Assembly: GCA_019352095.1 (NCBI GenBank)
Contig: JABBNY010000001.1
Coordinates: 24,122-78,041 of the forward strand
Direction: 5' to 3'
DNA length: 53,920 nucleotides
Origin: Acidobacteriota bacterium
GTDB taxonomy: Bacteria > Actinomycetota > Acidimicrobiia > Acidimicrobiales > RAAP-2
Position numbers and translations under genes: made by a program. Positions 29,661-39,500 of the stretch are shown here, in pieces (the first letter of the stretch is position 1; each line of letters starts with the position of its first letter). The notes under the pieces were generated by a model. That model was given only the letters and a program-made list of their open reading frames with translations, searched no databases and was not told the origin of the DNA.

Positions 29661-32030
29661 ATGTACGAGCGGAGCGAAATCCGAGCAGAGCAGTCCTCGC
29701 TCTGGCTCTGGGCACTCGGCGCTGGATTCATTTTGATTGTCCTCTATTTCGTCGTCTCGAACGAGACCTTTCAGAATGTCGTCTACTCGTCCCTGGGCGT
29801 GGGGTCGATGCTGGCGATACTGCTTGGAATTCGCATCAACAAGCCCAGCGCGAGGCTGGGGTGGTACTTCGTAGCGATGTCGAGTGGCTGCTTCGCACTT
29901 GCCGACGCTCTGAGTGATTTTCAAATTTCTACCTTGCACCAAGGCGTGAATTCGGTCTCCTACGCTGATGTGTTCTATCTCGCGGGATACCCGTTGCTCT
30001 TCAGAGGGGTGGCTCGTATAACTCGCCAGGAGACCGGCGCGTCGCGGCGCGAAGAACGCGCCGACTCCGGCATCGTCGCCCTCGGCGCGTTCGCGCTTTT
30101 GTGGCAACTACTGATGTCGCCGTACCTTCACGATTCGCTGACCTCGAATCTGGACAAATTGGTCAACTTGGCCTATCCCGTCATGGATGTCGTGCTCATC
30201 TACATCGTGGCGCGAACGCTCCTTCTCTCGCGTCGCCGAAGTGTCCACCTGCGACTCCTCATGACAGCGATGATCACCATGTTTGCGTCGGATTTCATCT
30301 ACGACCTGCTGGTCTTGCATGGACGCTACACCCCGGGCAACGGCGTCGACGCCCTGTTCCTCGCCGAATACGTGTTGATAGGCGTCGCCGCGCTTCACCC
30401 CTCGATGATCGACGGTCCACCGACCGATGCCGGTGACAACGCGAAGAGTGCCTATTTTCGAAATCAGGCGCCGCTCGTGGTCGTGGCGGGATTGACACCC
30501 CCGGTGACGCTGATCATCGCGGAGATCGTCGGTGCACCGGTCAACGTAGTCGTGCTGTCGTCGATCTTCATCGCCATCTTTCTTGTCTCGGGATTTCGTC
30601 TCGGGTGGTTGATCAGTCGTATCAGCGCCCAGTCAACGCAGTTGGAGAAGAGTCTTCGTGAACTGAAGGACTCGTACCAACAAAGAGACGACCTCGAAGC
30701 CAATCTCTGGCATCAAGCGCTGCACGATCCGCTCACCGGCCTCGCGAACCGGTCGCTCCTCGAGGATCGATTAGCTCTCGCCCGGGCACGCGTTGTCCGT
30801 CAGGGCGGAACGGCCGCAGTGCTCATGCTCGACCTCGACGACTTCAAAGACGTGAACGACACCCAGGGTCACTTGGTGGGTGATCAACTGCTCATCGCAA
30901 TCACGCGACGACTCGCCGCCGTGACGCGCGCCTCTGACACGCTGTGTCGCTTCGGTGGCGACGAATTCGTCTATCTCGCCGAGGGTCTCGACACGCGCGA
31001 GGAGATCGAGGAGTTGGGTGCTCGCATGCTTCGTCAATTCATCGAGCCGTTCGCCATTGGTGAGCTTCTCCTCGAACAACACGCCAGCATCGGCATCGTG
31101 ATCTGTGACCAAGAGAGTAATCACGATGTTGATTACATCCGCGACGCGGACGCTGCGATGTACATGGCAAAGAAGCAACGTGCGGGGAGTTACGTGGTGT
31201 TCACCCCAGACATGCGTGAGCGCGCGGTGAGCGACTTCTCGTTGGTGCAGGATCTGCGAAACGCCCTTGCTCGGGGGAGCCTGTCGATGCACTACCAGCC
31301 GATTGTGGATCTTCGCACCATGGAAATCGTTGGCTTCGAAGCATTGATGCGATGGCTTCACCCCGAACGCGGTTGGGTCTCACCCGATGTCTTCATCCCC
31401 TTGGCCGAGAAGAGTGATCTGATCTTCGACCTTGGGAGATTCGCGTTGCGAGAAGCCATGGCGACGGCCAGCACGTGGACGCACATAGCGACGCCCTCGC
31501 GACGGCTGTTCGTCGCGGTGAATCTCTCCGCGCGTCAGTTCCACGATGCGAACACCCTGGACTTGATCCAGTCGATCTTGGAGGAGTACGTCTTCGAACC
31601 TGGCCACCTGGTCGTTGAAGTCACCGAGTACACGGCTCTTCTCGACACCACTGAGACCGTCAAGGTCATCGCGCGTCTGGCGAGCATGGGGGTTGACCTG
31701 GCGCTAGACGACTTCGGTACCGGCTACTCGTCGCTCTCGCATCTAACGATGCTGCGTCCCGCCTACATCAAGGTCGATCGGTCGTTCATAAGTCCCGCCA
31801 TGCCGAGCAGTCAGAATGACACCTTGCTCGAAGCAATAGTATCGCTCGGTCACAAATTGTCCATCTCGCTTCTGGCCGAGGGTGTGGAGACCCGTGGCCA
31901 GTTCCAGCGCTTGCGTGCGCTCGGGTGCGAATTTGCGCAAGGTTACGTCGTGTCGCCGGCGCTACCCGCGAACGAGCTCGCACAACTGTTCGATCGTTCG
32001 TTCGTGGAGATGCTCGAGGTGATTGTCTAG
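29661..32030 (+). CDS. Membrane-bound diguanylate cyclase/phosphodiesterase (GGDEF-EAL)
   Basis: Multi-TM N-terminus; HDPLTGLANR, RASD I-site, GGDEF; EALMRW, DDFGTGYSSL, EGVET, QGY; start could be TTG 29631. Confidence 0.93.
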   Translation: MYERSEIRAEQSSLWLWALGAGFILIVLYFVVSNETFQNVVYSSLGVGSMLAILLGIRINKPSARLGWYFVAMSSGCFALADALSDFQISTLHQGVNSVSYADVFYLAGYPLLFRGVARITRQETGASRREERADSGIVALGAFALLWQLLMSPYLHDSLTSNLDKLVNLAYPVMDVVLIYIVARTLLLSRRRSVHLRLLMTAMITMFASDFIYDLLVLHGRYTPGNGVDALFLAEYVLIGVAALHPSMIDGPPTDAGDNAKSAYFRNQAPLVVVAGLTPPVTLIIAEIVGAPVNVVVLSSIFIAIFLVSGFRLGWLISRISAQSTQLEKSLRELKDSYQQRDDLEANLWHQALHDPLTGLANRSLLEDRLALARARVVRQGGTAAVLMLDLDDFKDVNDTQGHLVGDQLLIAITRRLAAVTRASDTLCRFGGDEFVYLAEGLDTREEIEELGARMLRQFIEPFAIGELLLEQHASIGIVICDQESNHDVDYIRDADAAMYMAKKQRAGSYVVFTPDMRERAVSDFSLVQDLRNALARGSLSMHYQPIVDLRTMEIVGFEALMRWLHPERGWVSPDVFIPLAEKSDLIFDLGRFALREAMATASTWTHIATPSRRLFVAVNLSARQFHDANTLDLIQSILEEYVFEPGHLVVEVTEYTALLDTTETVKVIARLASMGVDLALDDFGTGYSSLSHLTMLRPAYIKVDRSFISPAMPSSQNDTLLEAIVSLGHKLSISLLAEGVETRGQFQRLRALGCEFAQGYVVSPALPANELAQLFDRSFVEMLEVIV

Positions 32031-32042
32031 GTTACGTGGCGT

Positions 32043-32086
32043 CGTTACGAGCGTACGCAGCGATGGTACGGCGCACGCTCGTAACG
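32043..32086. terminator. Inverted repeat between convergent genes, probable terminator
   Basis: CGTTACGAGCGT ... ACGCTCGTAACG 12-bp perfect stem, no U-tract. Confidence 0.6.
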
Positions 32087-32098
32087 TGACGGCGATGC

Positions 32099-32875
32099 CT
32101 ATTTCGGCTGCATGCGTATGCCCGCATCGATACGAATCGATTCAGCGTTCATGTAGCTGTTCGAAAGCAGTTCGAGTGCGAGCGACGCGAACTCTTCTGA
32201 GTATCCGAGTCGCTTGGGGAAGAGCACGCCGGCGCCCAGACGGGCCTTGAATTCGTCGGATTGGGGTCCCGTACCGTAGATCGGGGTGTCGATGAGACCA
32301 GGCAGGATGCAATTCGCTCGAACGCCAATCGGGGCGATGTCACGAGCCAGGGGCAAGGTGAGCCCGACAACGCCGCCCTTGGACGACGAGTACGCCACTT
32401 GACCGATCTGGCCATCTTCGGCGGCCACCGACGCGGTATTCACGATTGCGCCGCGCATGCCGTCGACGTCAGGCGTATTGTGACTCATGGCCGTCGCCGC
32501 GAGTCGACAGACGTTAAAGGTGCCGATCAGATTAATCTCGATCACCTTACGGTAGAGGTCAAGGTCGTGCGCTGAGGAGTACTCGCCATCCTTGCCAATG
32601 GTGCGCGTTGCCCATCCGATGCCCGCGCAGTTCACCGCGCTCCACAGTGGCGCCATTGCCTTGGCCGCCTCGATGGCGGCGATCACGTGCTCGGTGTTGG
32701 TGACGTCACAGTGCGTGTAGGTGCCGCCGATCTCTTTGGCGACGTGCTGTCCTCGTTCGTCGTTGAGGTCAGCCACCACCACCTTGACGCCTCGCGCCGC
32801 CAGAGCGCGTGCAGTGGCCTCACCAAGGCCGGAGGCGCCGCCGGTGACGACGGCTGATGTGTTATTGAGTTCCAT
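32099..32875 (-). CDS. SDR oxidoreductase, 3-hydroxyacyl-CoA dehydrogenase type-2-like
   Basis: TGGASGLG, NCAGI, DGQIGQVAYSSSKGG. Confidence 0.92.
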   Translation of the reverse strand: MELNNTSAVVTGGASGLGEATARALAARGVKVVVADLNDERGQHVAKEIGGTYTHCDVTNTEHVIAAIEAAKAMAPLWSAVNCAGIGWATRTIGKDGEYSSAHDLDLYRKVIEINLIGTFNVCRLAATAMSHNTPDVDGMRGAIVNTASVAAEDGQIGQVAYSSSKGGVVGLTLPLARDIAPIGVRANCILPGLIDTPIYGTGPQSDEFKARLGAGVLFPKRLGYSEEFASLALELLSNSYMNAESIRIDAGIRMQPK

Positions 32876-32969
32876 GGATACTCCTGTCTAAGGGCCAGCA
32901 AGGGTCTGCTCGACCGTACTTGAGTCAAGCAGACAAAACCAGTCTGACCGAGCCAGCGCGTCGTGACGT

Positions 32970-33128
32970 CTACGTAGGGTCCTTCGTGAGTGACGCCGCC
33001 GTGTCGCTCAGGGTCTTTCGTCGGTTGCGCCGGAAGCGTACTTCGAGTTGAAGGGCCAGGAGCGGGAGCGCGACACCCACGGCGACGGCCGATATGAATG
33101 CGCTGACGGAGAAGAACGTTGCGAACAA
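32970..33128 (-). CDS. Small single-TM protein (52 aa)
   Basis: TTG 33128 five nt after GAGG; hydrophobic N-terminus then RFRRNRRK. Confidence 0.5.
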   Translation of the reverse strand: MFATFFSVSAFISAVAVGVALPLLALQLEVRFRRNRRKTLSDTAASLTKDPT

Positions 33129-33286
33129 GGGGACCTCTTTCACTATCGGGAACTGCCAGTGTGACCCGGTCACTGAAGAGCCAATCGAGAGTGGTCGAAG
33201 GGTTGGCTAAGAATGCGACCGGTTGGAGTCTTGGGCACTCGTGTCGCTGCGAATCTGGAGCGGCGGTAGTCCCCTAGCGTGAAGGT

Positions 33287-34327
33287 ATGGCTTCCGCATA
33301 CGAACACACGAAGGACGAGCTCTCCGAACTCCTCGGCGATGAGCCGAGATATCGCGTTGACCAGGTTTGGCACGGACTCTGGGTTGAAAATCAAGACATC
33401 AGTGAGATCACCACTGTTCCAAAGAGCCTGCGGGCGCAACTGGGCGCACGCTTCAGCTCAGGTCTCGAAGTCGTCAACGACGTCCAAAGCGATCACGGCT
33501 CCACGCGCAAGTGGGTCTTTCGTCTTCACGACGGCTCAACCATCGAGACCGTCTTGATGAATTACGACGATCGGGTGACGGTGTGCGTGTCATCCCAAGC
33601 GGGTTGTGCGATGGGGTGCACGTTCTGTGCGACCGGTCAAGCCGGCTTCACCCGACACCTCAGCACGGGCGAGGTGCTCGAACAGGTGATGTACGCCGCA
33701 CGCGCCGCCGCGCCGAGACGGCTCTCCAACGTCGTGTTCATGGGCATGGGCGAGCCACTGGCGAATTACAACGTGACCGCGAGCGCGGTACGGCGACTGC
33801 ATGAGTACCGAGGACTCTCCGCGCGACATCTGACGGTCTCCACGGTCGGGGTCGCCCCCGCTATCGAGCGCCTGGCGCGTGAGGGCATGCCCCTCACGCT
33901 CGCGGTGAGCTTGCACGCGGCCAATGACGAAACGCGCGATCAATTGGTCCCACTCAATCGTCGCTACCCACTGGCCCGTTTGCGCGAGGCCTGTGAGTTC
34001 TGGTTGGCCACGACGTCGCGACGATTGAGCTTTGAGTGGGCGCTGATCGACGGGGTCAACGACACCGACCAAGCAATTGAGGAATTGGCCCGCTACGCGT
34101 ACGGACTTCGCGCGCACGTGAACCTGATCCCGCTCAATCCAACGCCGGGTTTCCTCGTACGTGGATCGTCACCCGAGCGGGTCCGACAATTTCGTGATGG
34201 TCTGGCGGGGCATGGAGTCAACGTGACCGTGCGCAACACGCGAGGACGCTCCATCGATGCGGCGTGTGGTCAATTGGCCAATGTCACGAATGCGAAGCGG
34301 CGTTCGATCCCAGTGAGCTCGTCCTAA
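33287..34327 (+). CDS. rlmN: 23S rRNA m2A2503 radical SAM methyltransferase
   Basis: CAMGCTFC, MGMGEP, SLHA, AACGQL. Confidence 0.95.
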   Translation: MASAYEHTKDELSELLGDEPRYRVDQVWHGLWVENQDISEITTVPKSLRAQLGARFSSGLEVVNDVQSDHGSTRKWVFRLHDGSTIETVLMNYDDRVTVCVSSQAGCAMGCTFCATGQAGFTRHLSTGEVLEQVMYAARAAAPRRLSNVVFMGMGEPLANYNVTASAVRRLHEYRGLSARHLTVSTVGVAPAIERLAREGMPLTLAVSLHAANDETRDQLVPLNRRYPLARLREACEFWLATTSRRLSFEWALIDGVNDTDQAIEELARYAYGLRAHVNLIPLNPTPGFLVRGSSPERVRQFRDGLAGHGVNVTVRNTRGRSIDAACGQLANVTNAKRRSIPVSSS

Positions 34328-35547
34328 TCAACGGAGCCACGCCAGAAACCGGGTCGCCATTTCAACAGCGCGAGCACGCCAACGATGCACGCGATGCCCC
34401 CCGAGACGATCGAGAACTCGATCGATGTGAAGTTAGCGACGACGCCGGACTCGAGATCACCCAGACGCGGGCCACCGGTAACCACCGCCAACTGGACCGA
34501 CGAGATACGTCCTCGAAATTCATCGGTGATGGCGTTTTGCAGCACGGTGTTGCGCAGGATCGTCGAGATGACGTCAGTGGCACCCGCGAAGGCGAGACAC
34601 ACGAGGCCGAACCACAAGATGTGAACCACCCCGAACAATGCCATCGCCGCGCCCCAGGCCATGATCACAAGGGCGATCAGGCGACCCTGGCGACGCACCC
34701 GATCAATCCAACCGGTGAATATCGCCATGACCAGGGCACCCACGCCCGAGGCCGCGAAGAGTAGTCCCAGAGTGCGAGGGCCGCCGTGATAGACGGTCAG
34801 CGCCATAGCCGGATAGAGCGCGCGCGGCAGTCCGAAGACCATCGCGTTGAGATCGGCTACGTACACAGCTTGGGCGACCAGGTTGGAGCGAACGTAACGA
34901 AAGCCGTCGCCGATGGCACGAAGCATCGCCACCCCGACGTGATCACCGCTGGGCTTCATTGGCGACATAAGGCCAGTGAAGAAGGCCAGTACGACAAACG
35001 TGACCGCGTCGATGAGATAGCACGACGTGAGCCCGACCGCGCCGAGTAGCACGCCGCCCAGGGCGGCACCGAGCACGGTACCGACGTTGACGAGGATTTG
35101 GTTGAGAGAGTAGGCGGCAATGAGCTGTTGGGGCGCGACCAACTTGGGAATCGCCGCCATGCGGATTGGTGCCGAGAAACCCGCGACGCCGGCCGAGATC
35201 GCGGCCAACACGAGTAGCGCGACTAGCACGTTGTGATGGAGTTGGGCGTTGAGTGACAGACCCGCACTTGCGAGCGCCGCGACGAGCGAACCCACGACCA
35301 GGATCGTGCGCTTGTCGATCCGATCCCCGGCGGCGCCACCCCAGAGTGAACCGACGATCAGAAAGGGCAGCTGCACAAAACTGGCGACACCTACCCAGAG
35401 ACTCGAGTGGGTCTCTTGGTAGACCTGAAAGGGGACGGCGACGAAAGTGAGATTACTGCCCAGTAGAGAAACGAGTTGCCCGAAGTACAACAAGCGGAAG
35501 TTTCTGCTGTCCTTCAGGGGTTTCGCGTCGACGACGAGCCTAGGCAC
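34324..35547 (-). CDS. MFS transporter (EntS/DHA3-like)
   Basis: About 12 TMs, GAAGDRIDKR motif A, DEFRGRISS, GGPRLGD; GTG 35547 six nt after TACGAT. Confidence 0.88.
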   Translation of the reverse strand: MPRLVVDAKPLKDSRNFRLLYFGQLVSLLGSNLTFVAVPFQVYQETHSSLWVGVASFVQLPFLIVGSLWGGAAGDRIDKRTILVVGSLVAALASAGLSLNAQLHHNVLVALLVLAAISAGVAGFSAPIRMAAIPKLVAPQQLIAAYSLNQILVNVGTVLGAALGGVLLGAVGLTSCYLIDAVTFVVLAFFTGLMSPMKPSGDHVGVAMLRAIGDGFRYVRSNLVAQAVYVADLNAMVFGLPRALYPAMALTVYHGGPRTLGLLFAASGVGALVMAIFTGWIDRVRRQGRLIALVIMAWGAAMALFGVVHILWFGLVCLAFAGATDVISTILRNTVLQNAITDEFRGRISSVQLAVVTGGPRLGDLESGVVANFTSIEFSIVSGGIACIVGVLALLKWRPGFWRGSVD

Positions 35548-35600
35548 CTGTTCATCGTACGGGACTATGGTTTTAAACGGTAGTGGTCGAAGGAGAGTCG

Positions 35601-36668
35601 ATGATTGACGAAAAGCTCGTCCAGTTGCTGACACCCGAAGGCGAACGTATTTCGCACCCCCAGTACGAGAGCACACTCGGTGGTGATCAGATCCTTGGTC
35701 TCTACAGGGACATGGTGATCGTGCGGCGACTGTGCAACGAGTCGACGTCACTCCAGCGTCAGGGACAGTTGGCTCTGTGGGCTCCGGTCCAGGGCCAAGA
35801 GGGCGCACAGATCGGTGCGGGGCGGGCGCTCGAGCCAATGGACTTCACGTTTCCCTCGTATCGCGAACACGGCGTCGCGTGGTGTCGAGGTGTGCCGCCC
35901 GAGGACATGCTGCGGATCTTTCGTGCGGTGACGACCGGCGGATGGGACCCCCAGAAGTACCGTCACTCGGTCCCCACGGTTGTTCTGGGTAATCAGGCAC
36001 TTCACGCGGTCGGTTACGCCATGGGCGTCCAACGCGATGGGGCCGAAGAGGCGGTGATGACCTTCTTCGGTGATGGAGCGTCAAGTCAGGGAGACGTGCT
36101 CGAATCATTCGTCTGGGCGGCGTCGTTCAACGCACCGGTCGTCTTTTTTTGTCAGAACAACCAGTGGGGCATCTCGACGCCGTCCACCTTGCAGTCCAAG
36201 GTGCCGCTGTATCGTCGCGCACCGGGTTTCGGTTTCCCAGGAATTCGAGTCGACGGCAATGATGTGCTCGCCGTGTACGAGGTCACCAAGCGCGCACTCG
36301 ACAATGCCCGTACGGGCAACGGTCCCACGCTGATCGAGGCCTACACGTATCGGATGGGTGCGCACACGACGTCCGACGATCCCACGCGTTACCGCGTCGA
36401 TGCGGAGGTCGAAGTCTGGAAGCATCGCGATCCGATCGAACGGGTCAAGGCGCTGCTGGCCCGAGAGTATCGCGTCAAGGGTTCCACCTTCGACGAAGTC
36501 AACGCCGAGGCAGACCTCATGGCGCTCAAACTGCGTGAAGACGTTCTGGCGATGGGCCCGCCCGATCCGATCAGCATGTTCGAGAACGTCTACGCCGACG
36601 TGCACCCTCTCATTGAAGAAGGACGACGTGAGATGATCGAACTCGGCGTGAGCGGGAGTGGGCACTGA
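35601..36668 (+). CDS. pdhA: 2-oxoacid (pyruvate or branched-chain) dehydrogenase E1 alpha
   Basis: GQEGAQ, PSYREHG, ThDP motif GDGASSQGD..NNQW, HTTSDDP. Confidence 0.9.
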   Translation: MIDEKLVQLLTPEGERISHPQYESTLGGDQILGLYRDMVIVRRLCNESTSLQRQGQLALWAPVQGQEGAQIGAGRALEPMDFTFPSYREHGVAWCRGVPPEDMLRIFRAVTTGGWDPQKYRHSVPTVVLGNQALHAVGYAMGVQRDGAEEAVMTFFGDGASSQGDVLESFVWAASFNAPVVFFCQNNQWGISTPSTLQSKVPLYRRAPGFGFPGIRVDGNDVLAVYEVTKRALDNARTGNGPTLIEAYTYRMGAHTTSDDPTRYRVDAEVEVWKHRDPIERVKALLAREYRVKGSTFDEVNAEADLMALKLREDVLAMGPPDPISMFENVYADVHPLIEEGRREMIELGVSGSGH

Positions 36669-37654
36669 TGGCGACGACCTCGATGACGATGGCCAAGGCC
36701 CTCAACGAAGGGTTGCGACGCGCGCTTGAGAAGGACAAGAAGGTTCTCTTGATGGGTGAGGACATCGGAAAACTCGGCGGCGTGTTCCGTATCACCGATG
36801 GTCTTCAGAAGGATTTCGGCGAGGATCGTGTCATCGACGCGCCGCTCGCGGAGTCGGCCATCGTGGGCACCGCGGTGGGGCTCGCCATCCGTGGATATCG
36901 CACGGTCTGCGAAATCCAATTCGACGGGTTTGTCTACCCCGCGTTCGACCAGATCGTTTCCCAGGTTGCCAAGCTCCATAAGCGTTCGGACGGCGTGTAC
37001 ACAATGGGCCTGGTCATCCGCTTGCCCTTCCAAGGCGGTATCGGCGCCATCGAGCACCACTCGGAGAGCCCCGAAGCGTATTTCGCCCAGACTGCGGGCC
37101 TTCGCGTGGTGTCGTGTTCGACGCCGAACGACGCGTACTGGATGATCCAACAGGCCGTTGAGCACGATGACCCAATCATCTTCTGTGAGCCGAAGAGTCG
37201 TTACTGGGAAAAGGGTGAGGTGGACCTCGACACGCCCCCGCACGGTCTATTCGACTCGGTGGTGCGACGCACGGGTGAGGACGTGACGGTCATTGGCTAC
37301 GGATCGAGTGTGAAGACGATTCTTCGCGCCGCCGACACCGCCCAGACCGAGGGACGTTCTCTCGAGGTGATCGACGCGCGCTCGTTGGCGCCGCTCGATC
37401 TGGGTCCGATGATCTCGTCGCTTGAGAAGACCGGTCGACTCGTTGTGGTCCAAGAGGCACCGAACACCGCGTCGCTGGGTTCAGAGCTTGTGGCGACGCT
37501 CACCGAGCGCTGCTTCTATTCAATGCGGGCACCCGGGATTCGCGTGAGCGGCTATCACGTGCCCTATCCGCCGTCGCGAATCGAGGACGCCTACCGGCCA
37601 TCGGTCGAACGCATTCTCGATGCCGTCGACCGAGTGATGGGATATGAGAGTTGA
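36668..37654 (+). CDS. pdhB: 2-oxoacid dehydrogenase E1 beta
   Basis: GEDIGKLGGVFR, PLAESAIVG, EIQF, EHHSESPE. Confidence 0.9.
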   Translation: MATTSMTMAKALNEGLRRALEKDKKVLLMGEDIGKLGGVFRITDGLQKDFGEDRVIDAPLAESAIVGTAVGLAIRGYRTVCEIQFDGFVYPAFDQIVSQVAKLHKRSDGVYTMGLVIRLPFQGGIGAIEHHSESPEAYFAQTAGLRVVSCSTPNDAYWMIQQAVEHDDPIIFCEPKSRYWEKGEVDLDTPPHGLFDSVVRRTGEDVTVIGYGSSVKTILRAADTAQTEGRSLEVIDARSLAPLDLGPMISSLEKTGRLVVVQEAPNTASLGSELVATLTERCFYSMRAPGIRVSGYHVPYPPSRIEDAYRPSVERILDAVDRVMGYES

Positions 37655-39048
37655 GCGAAGAAATCTTCCTGGTGCCCGACGTCGGCGAAGGCCTCGTTGA
37701 GGCAGAAATTGTCGAGTGGAAGGTCAAAGTCGGTGACGTCGTCGCCTTGAACCAGCCGCTCGTTGACATCGAGACGGCTAAGGCAGTCGTTGAGTTGCCG
37801 AGCCCCTACGCCGGCACCGTGGTGCAACTGCACGGTGAGGTCGGTGACGTGATGGCGGTACAGACGCCGTTGATCACCTTTGACACAACGGGTGATGGTG
37901 GTGCACGCGTCGTGTCTCCAGCCACGCCGGGCGAGGCGCCGGGCGAGGCGCCGGGCGAGGAGCGCCGCGAAGCGGTCCTCGTGGGTTACGGCGTTGCGAA
38001 TGAGGACGCGCCGGTGACCCGGACGCGCCGTCGTGGCACGTCCGACGCTTCGGGCGCGCCGTCTCCCGCACCAGTACCCATGAGCGTTGCTGCGACAGTG
38101 TCGGAGCTCTCACCGCGCAGCACGCCGCCGGTGCGGCTCTACGCGAAACAGCACGGTGTTGAACTTTCAACAGTGACGGGCTCTGGTCGTGACGGCCTCA
38201 TCACCCGAGACGACGTGGATCGGGCCATGGGTCGAGTGCAGAGCGCGCAATCGTCACACACCGCTGCACGGGTGACTGTCGCGCCCACCGGTCCGATGAC
38301 CTCGACTCGCTTCGTCGGTCGCGAACTCGAGCCGTGGGCTACGGGTCCAAAAGAAGAGCGCATCGCGGTGAAGGGTGTCCTTCGTTCCATGGCTGACGCC
38401 ATGGTTCAAAGTGCGTTCAGTGCCCCTCACGCCGCGGCCTGGTTGCGAGTGGACGCCACCAAGACCATGGAACTGTTGGTCGCGCTAAAACAGCACCCCA
38501 ATATGGCGAACGTGCGACTCTCACCCCTCACGATCGTGGCTCTCGCGGTATGTGATGCAGCGCGCCACTTCCCAGGGATCAATTCCAGTTTCGACGCCAC
38601 GACAAACGAAGTCATCGTTCGACGCAGTGTGAATCTGGGCATCGCCGCCGACACGTCACGTGGTCTGATCGTGCCCAACATCAAGGGTGCAGACCAGCTG
38701 GACCTCGTCGCCATGGCGAGCGCGCTCAGCGTATTGGTTGAGAAGGCCCGCACTGGTACGACGTCTCCCGCCGAGATGCTCGGCACGACACTGACCATCA
38801 CGAACGTCGGCCCCTTCGGTGTCGACGGGGCGGTCGCAATCCTGCCCCCGGGCACCGGAGCGATAATCGCGGTCGGCCAGATCGTCAAGGCACCCTGGGT
38901 CGTCGACGACCAGGTCGTCGTTCGACGAGTCGTAGAGATCTCCATGTCCTTCGATCACCGCCAGATCGATGGCGCTCTGGCGTCGGCGGTGTTGGCGCAC
39001 ATTGGCCGGTTCCTCGCGGATCCCGCCACGTCGTTGTTGGCGGGCTAG
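37651..39048 (+). CDS. pdhC: 2-oxoacid dehydrogenase E2 dihydrolipoamide acyltransferase
   Basis: Lipoyl domain ETAKA, E3-binding GSGRDGLIT, catalytic DHRQIDG. Confidence 0.9.
   Translation: MSEEIFLVPDVGEGLVEAEIVEWKVKVGDVVALNQPLVDIETAKAVVELPSPYAGTVVQLHGEVGDVMAVQTPLITFDTTGDGGARVVSPATPGEAPGEAPGEERREAVLVGYGVANEDAPVTRTRRRGTSDASGAPSPAPVPMSVAATVSELSPRSTPPVRLYAKQHGVELSTVTGSGRDGLITRDDVDRAMGRVQSAQSSHTAARVTVAPTGPMTSTRFVGRELEPWATGPKEERIAVKGVLRSMADAMVQSAFSAPHAAAWLRVDATKTMELLVALKQHPNMANVRLSPLTIVALAVCDAARHFPGINSSFDATTNEVIVRRSVNLGIAADTSRGLIVPNIKGADQLDLVAMASALSVLVEKARTGTTSPAEMLGTTLTITNVGPFGVDGAVAILPPGTGAIIAVGQIVKAPWVVDDQVVVRRVVEISMSFDHRQIDGALASAVLAHIGRFLADPATSLLAG
37925..37960 (+). repeat. In-frame 12-bp tandem repeat x3 in the E2 linker
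   Basis: (CGCCGGGCGAGG)3 encoding PGEA PGEA PGEE. Confidence 0.9.
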
Positions 39049-39491
39049 TCTGCCAGCGCGGCCAGCGCTCGCTCGGCGTGGACGTTCATGTTGACTTCAC
39101 TCGTTATCACTTCGACAATGCGCTGGTCTTGACCAATCACGAACGTCGCGCGCTTGACCTTCAAGAGATCGACGGGACGCTTGACACCGAAGAGTCGTGC
39201 GACCTCACCCTCTCGATCTGAGAGTAGCGGGTAGTCGAGGGCATTACGTTCGCTGAACGTGGCTTGGCGTTCGACGCTGTCCATCGAAATACCAATCCGT
39301 TGGGCCCCCACAGCCGCGAACTGCGCACCGAGATCCCTGAAGTGACACGATTCTTTCGTGCATCCTTTGCTCAACGCTGCGGGATAGAAGAAGAGCACGA
39401 CCGGACCTGAGGCGAGCATGGTCGACAACGTGCGGGTGAGCCCGTCTTGATCGGGGAGTGAAAAGTCGGGGGCGATGTCGCCGGGGCGCAT
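39045..39491 (-). CDS. bcp: Peroxiredoxin BCP/PrxQ
   Basis: APDFSLPDQDG, FFYPAALSKGCTKESCHFRD. Confidence 0.9.
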   Translation of the reverse strand: MRPGDIAPDFSLPDQDGLTRTLSTMLASGPVVLFFYPAALSKGCTKESCHFRDLGAQFAAVGAQRIGISMDSVERQATFSERNALDYPLLSDREGEVARLFGVKRPVDLLKVKRATFVIGQDQRIVEVITSEVNMNVHAERALAALAD

Positions 39492-39500
39492 AGCGACAGA

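Noticed and set aside
32919-32939. CTTGAGT as an HspR HAIR operator
   Set aside because: Second half-site ACAAAAC matches ACTCAAG at only 4 of 7 positions; no chaperone gene nearby
35601-39048. Missing E3 (lpdA) in the dehydrogenase operon
   Set aside because: Three-gene E1a-E1b-E2 operons with a shared E3 elsewhere are normal in Actinobacteria
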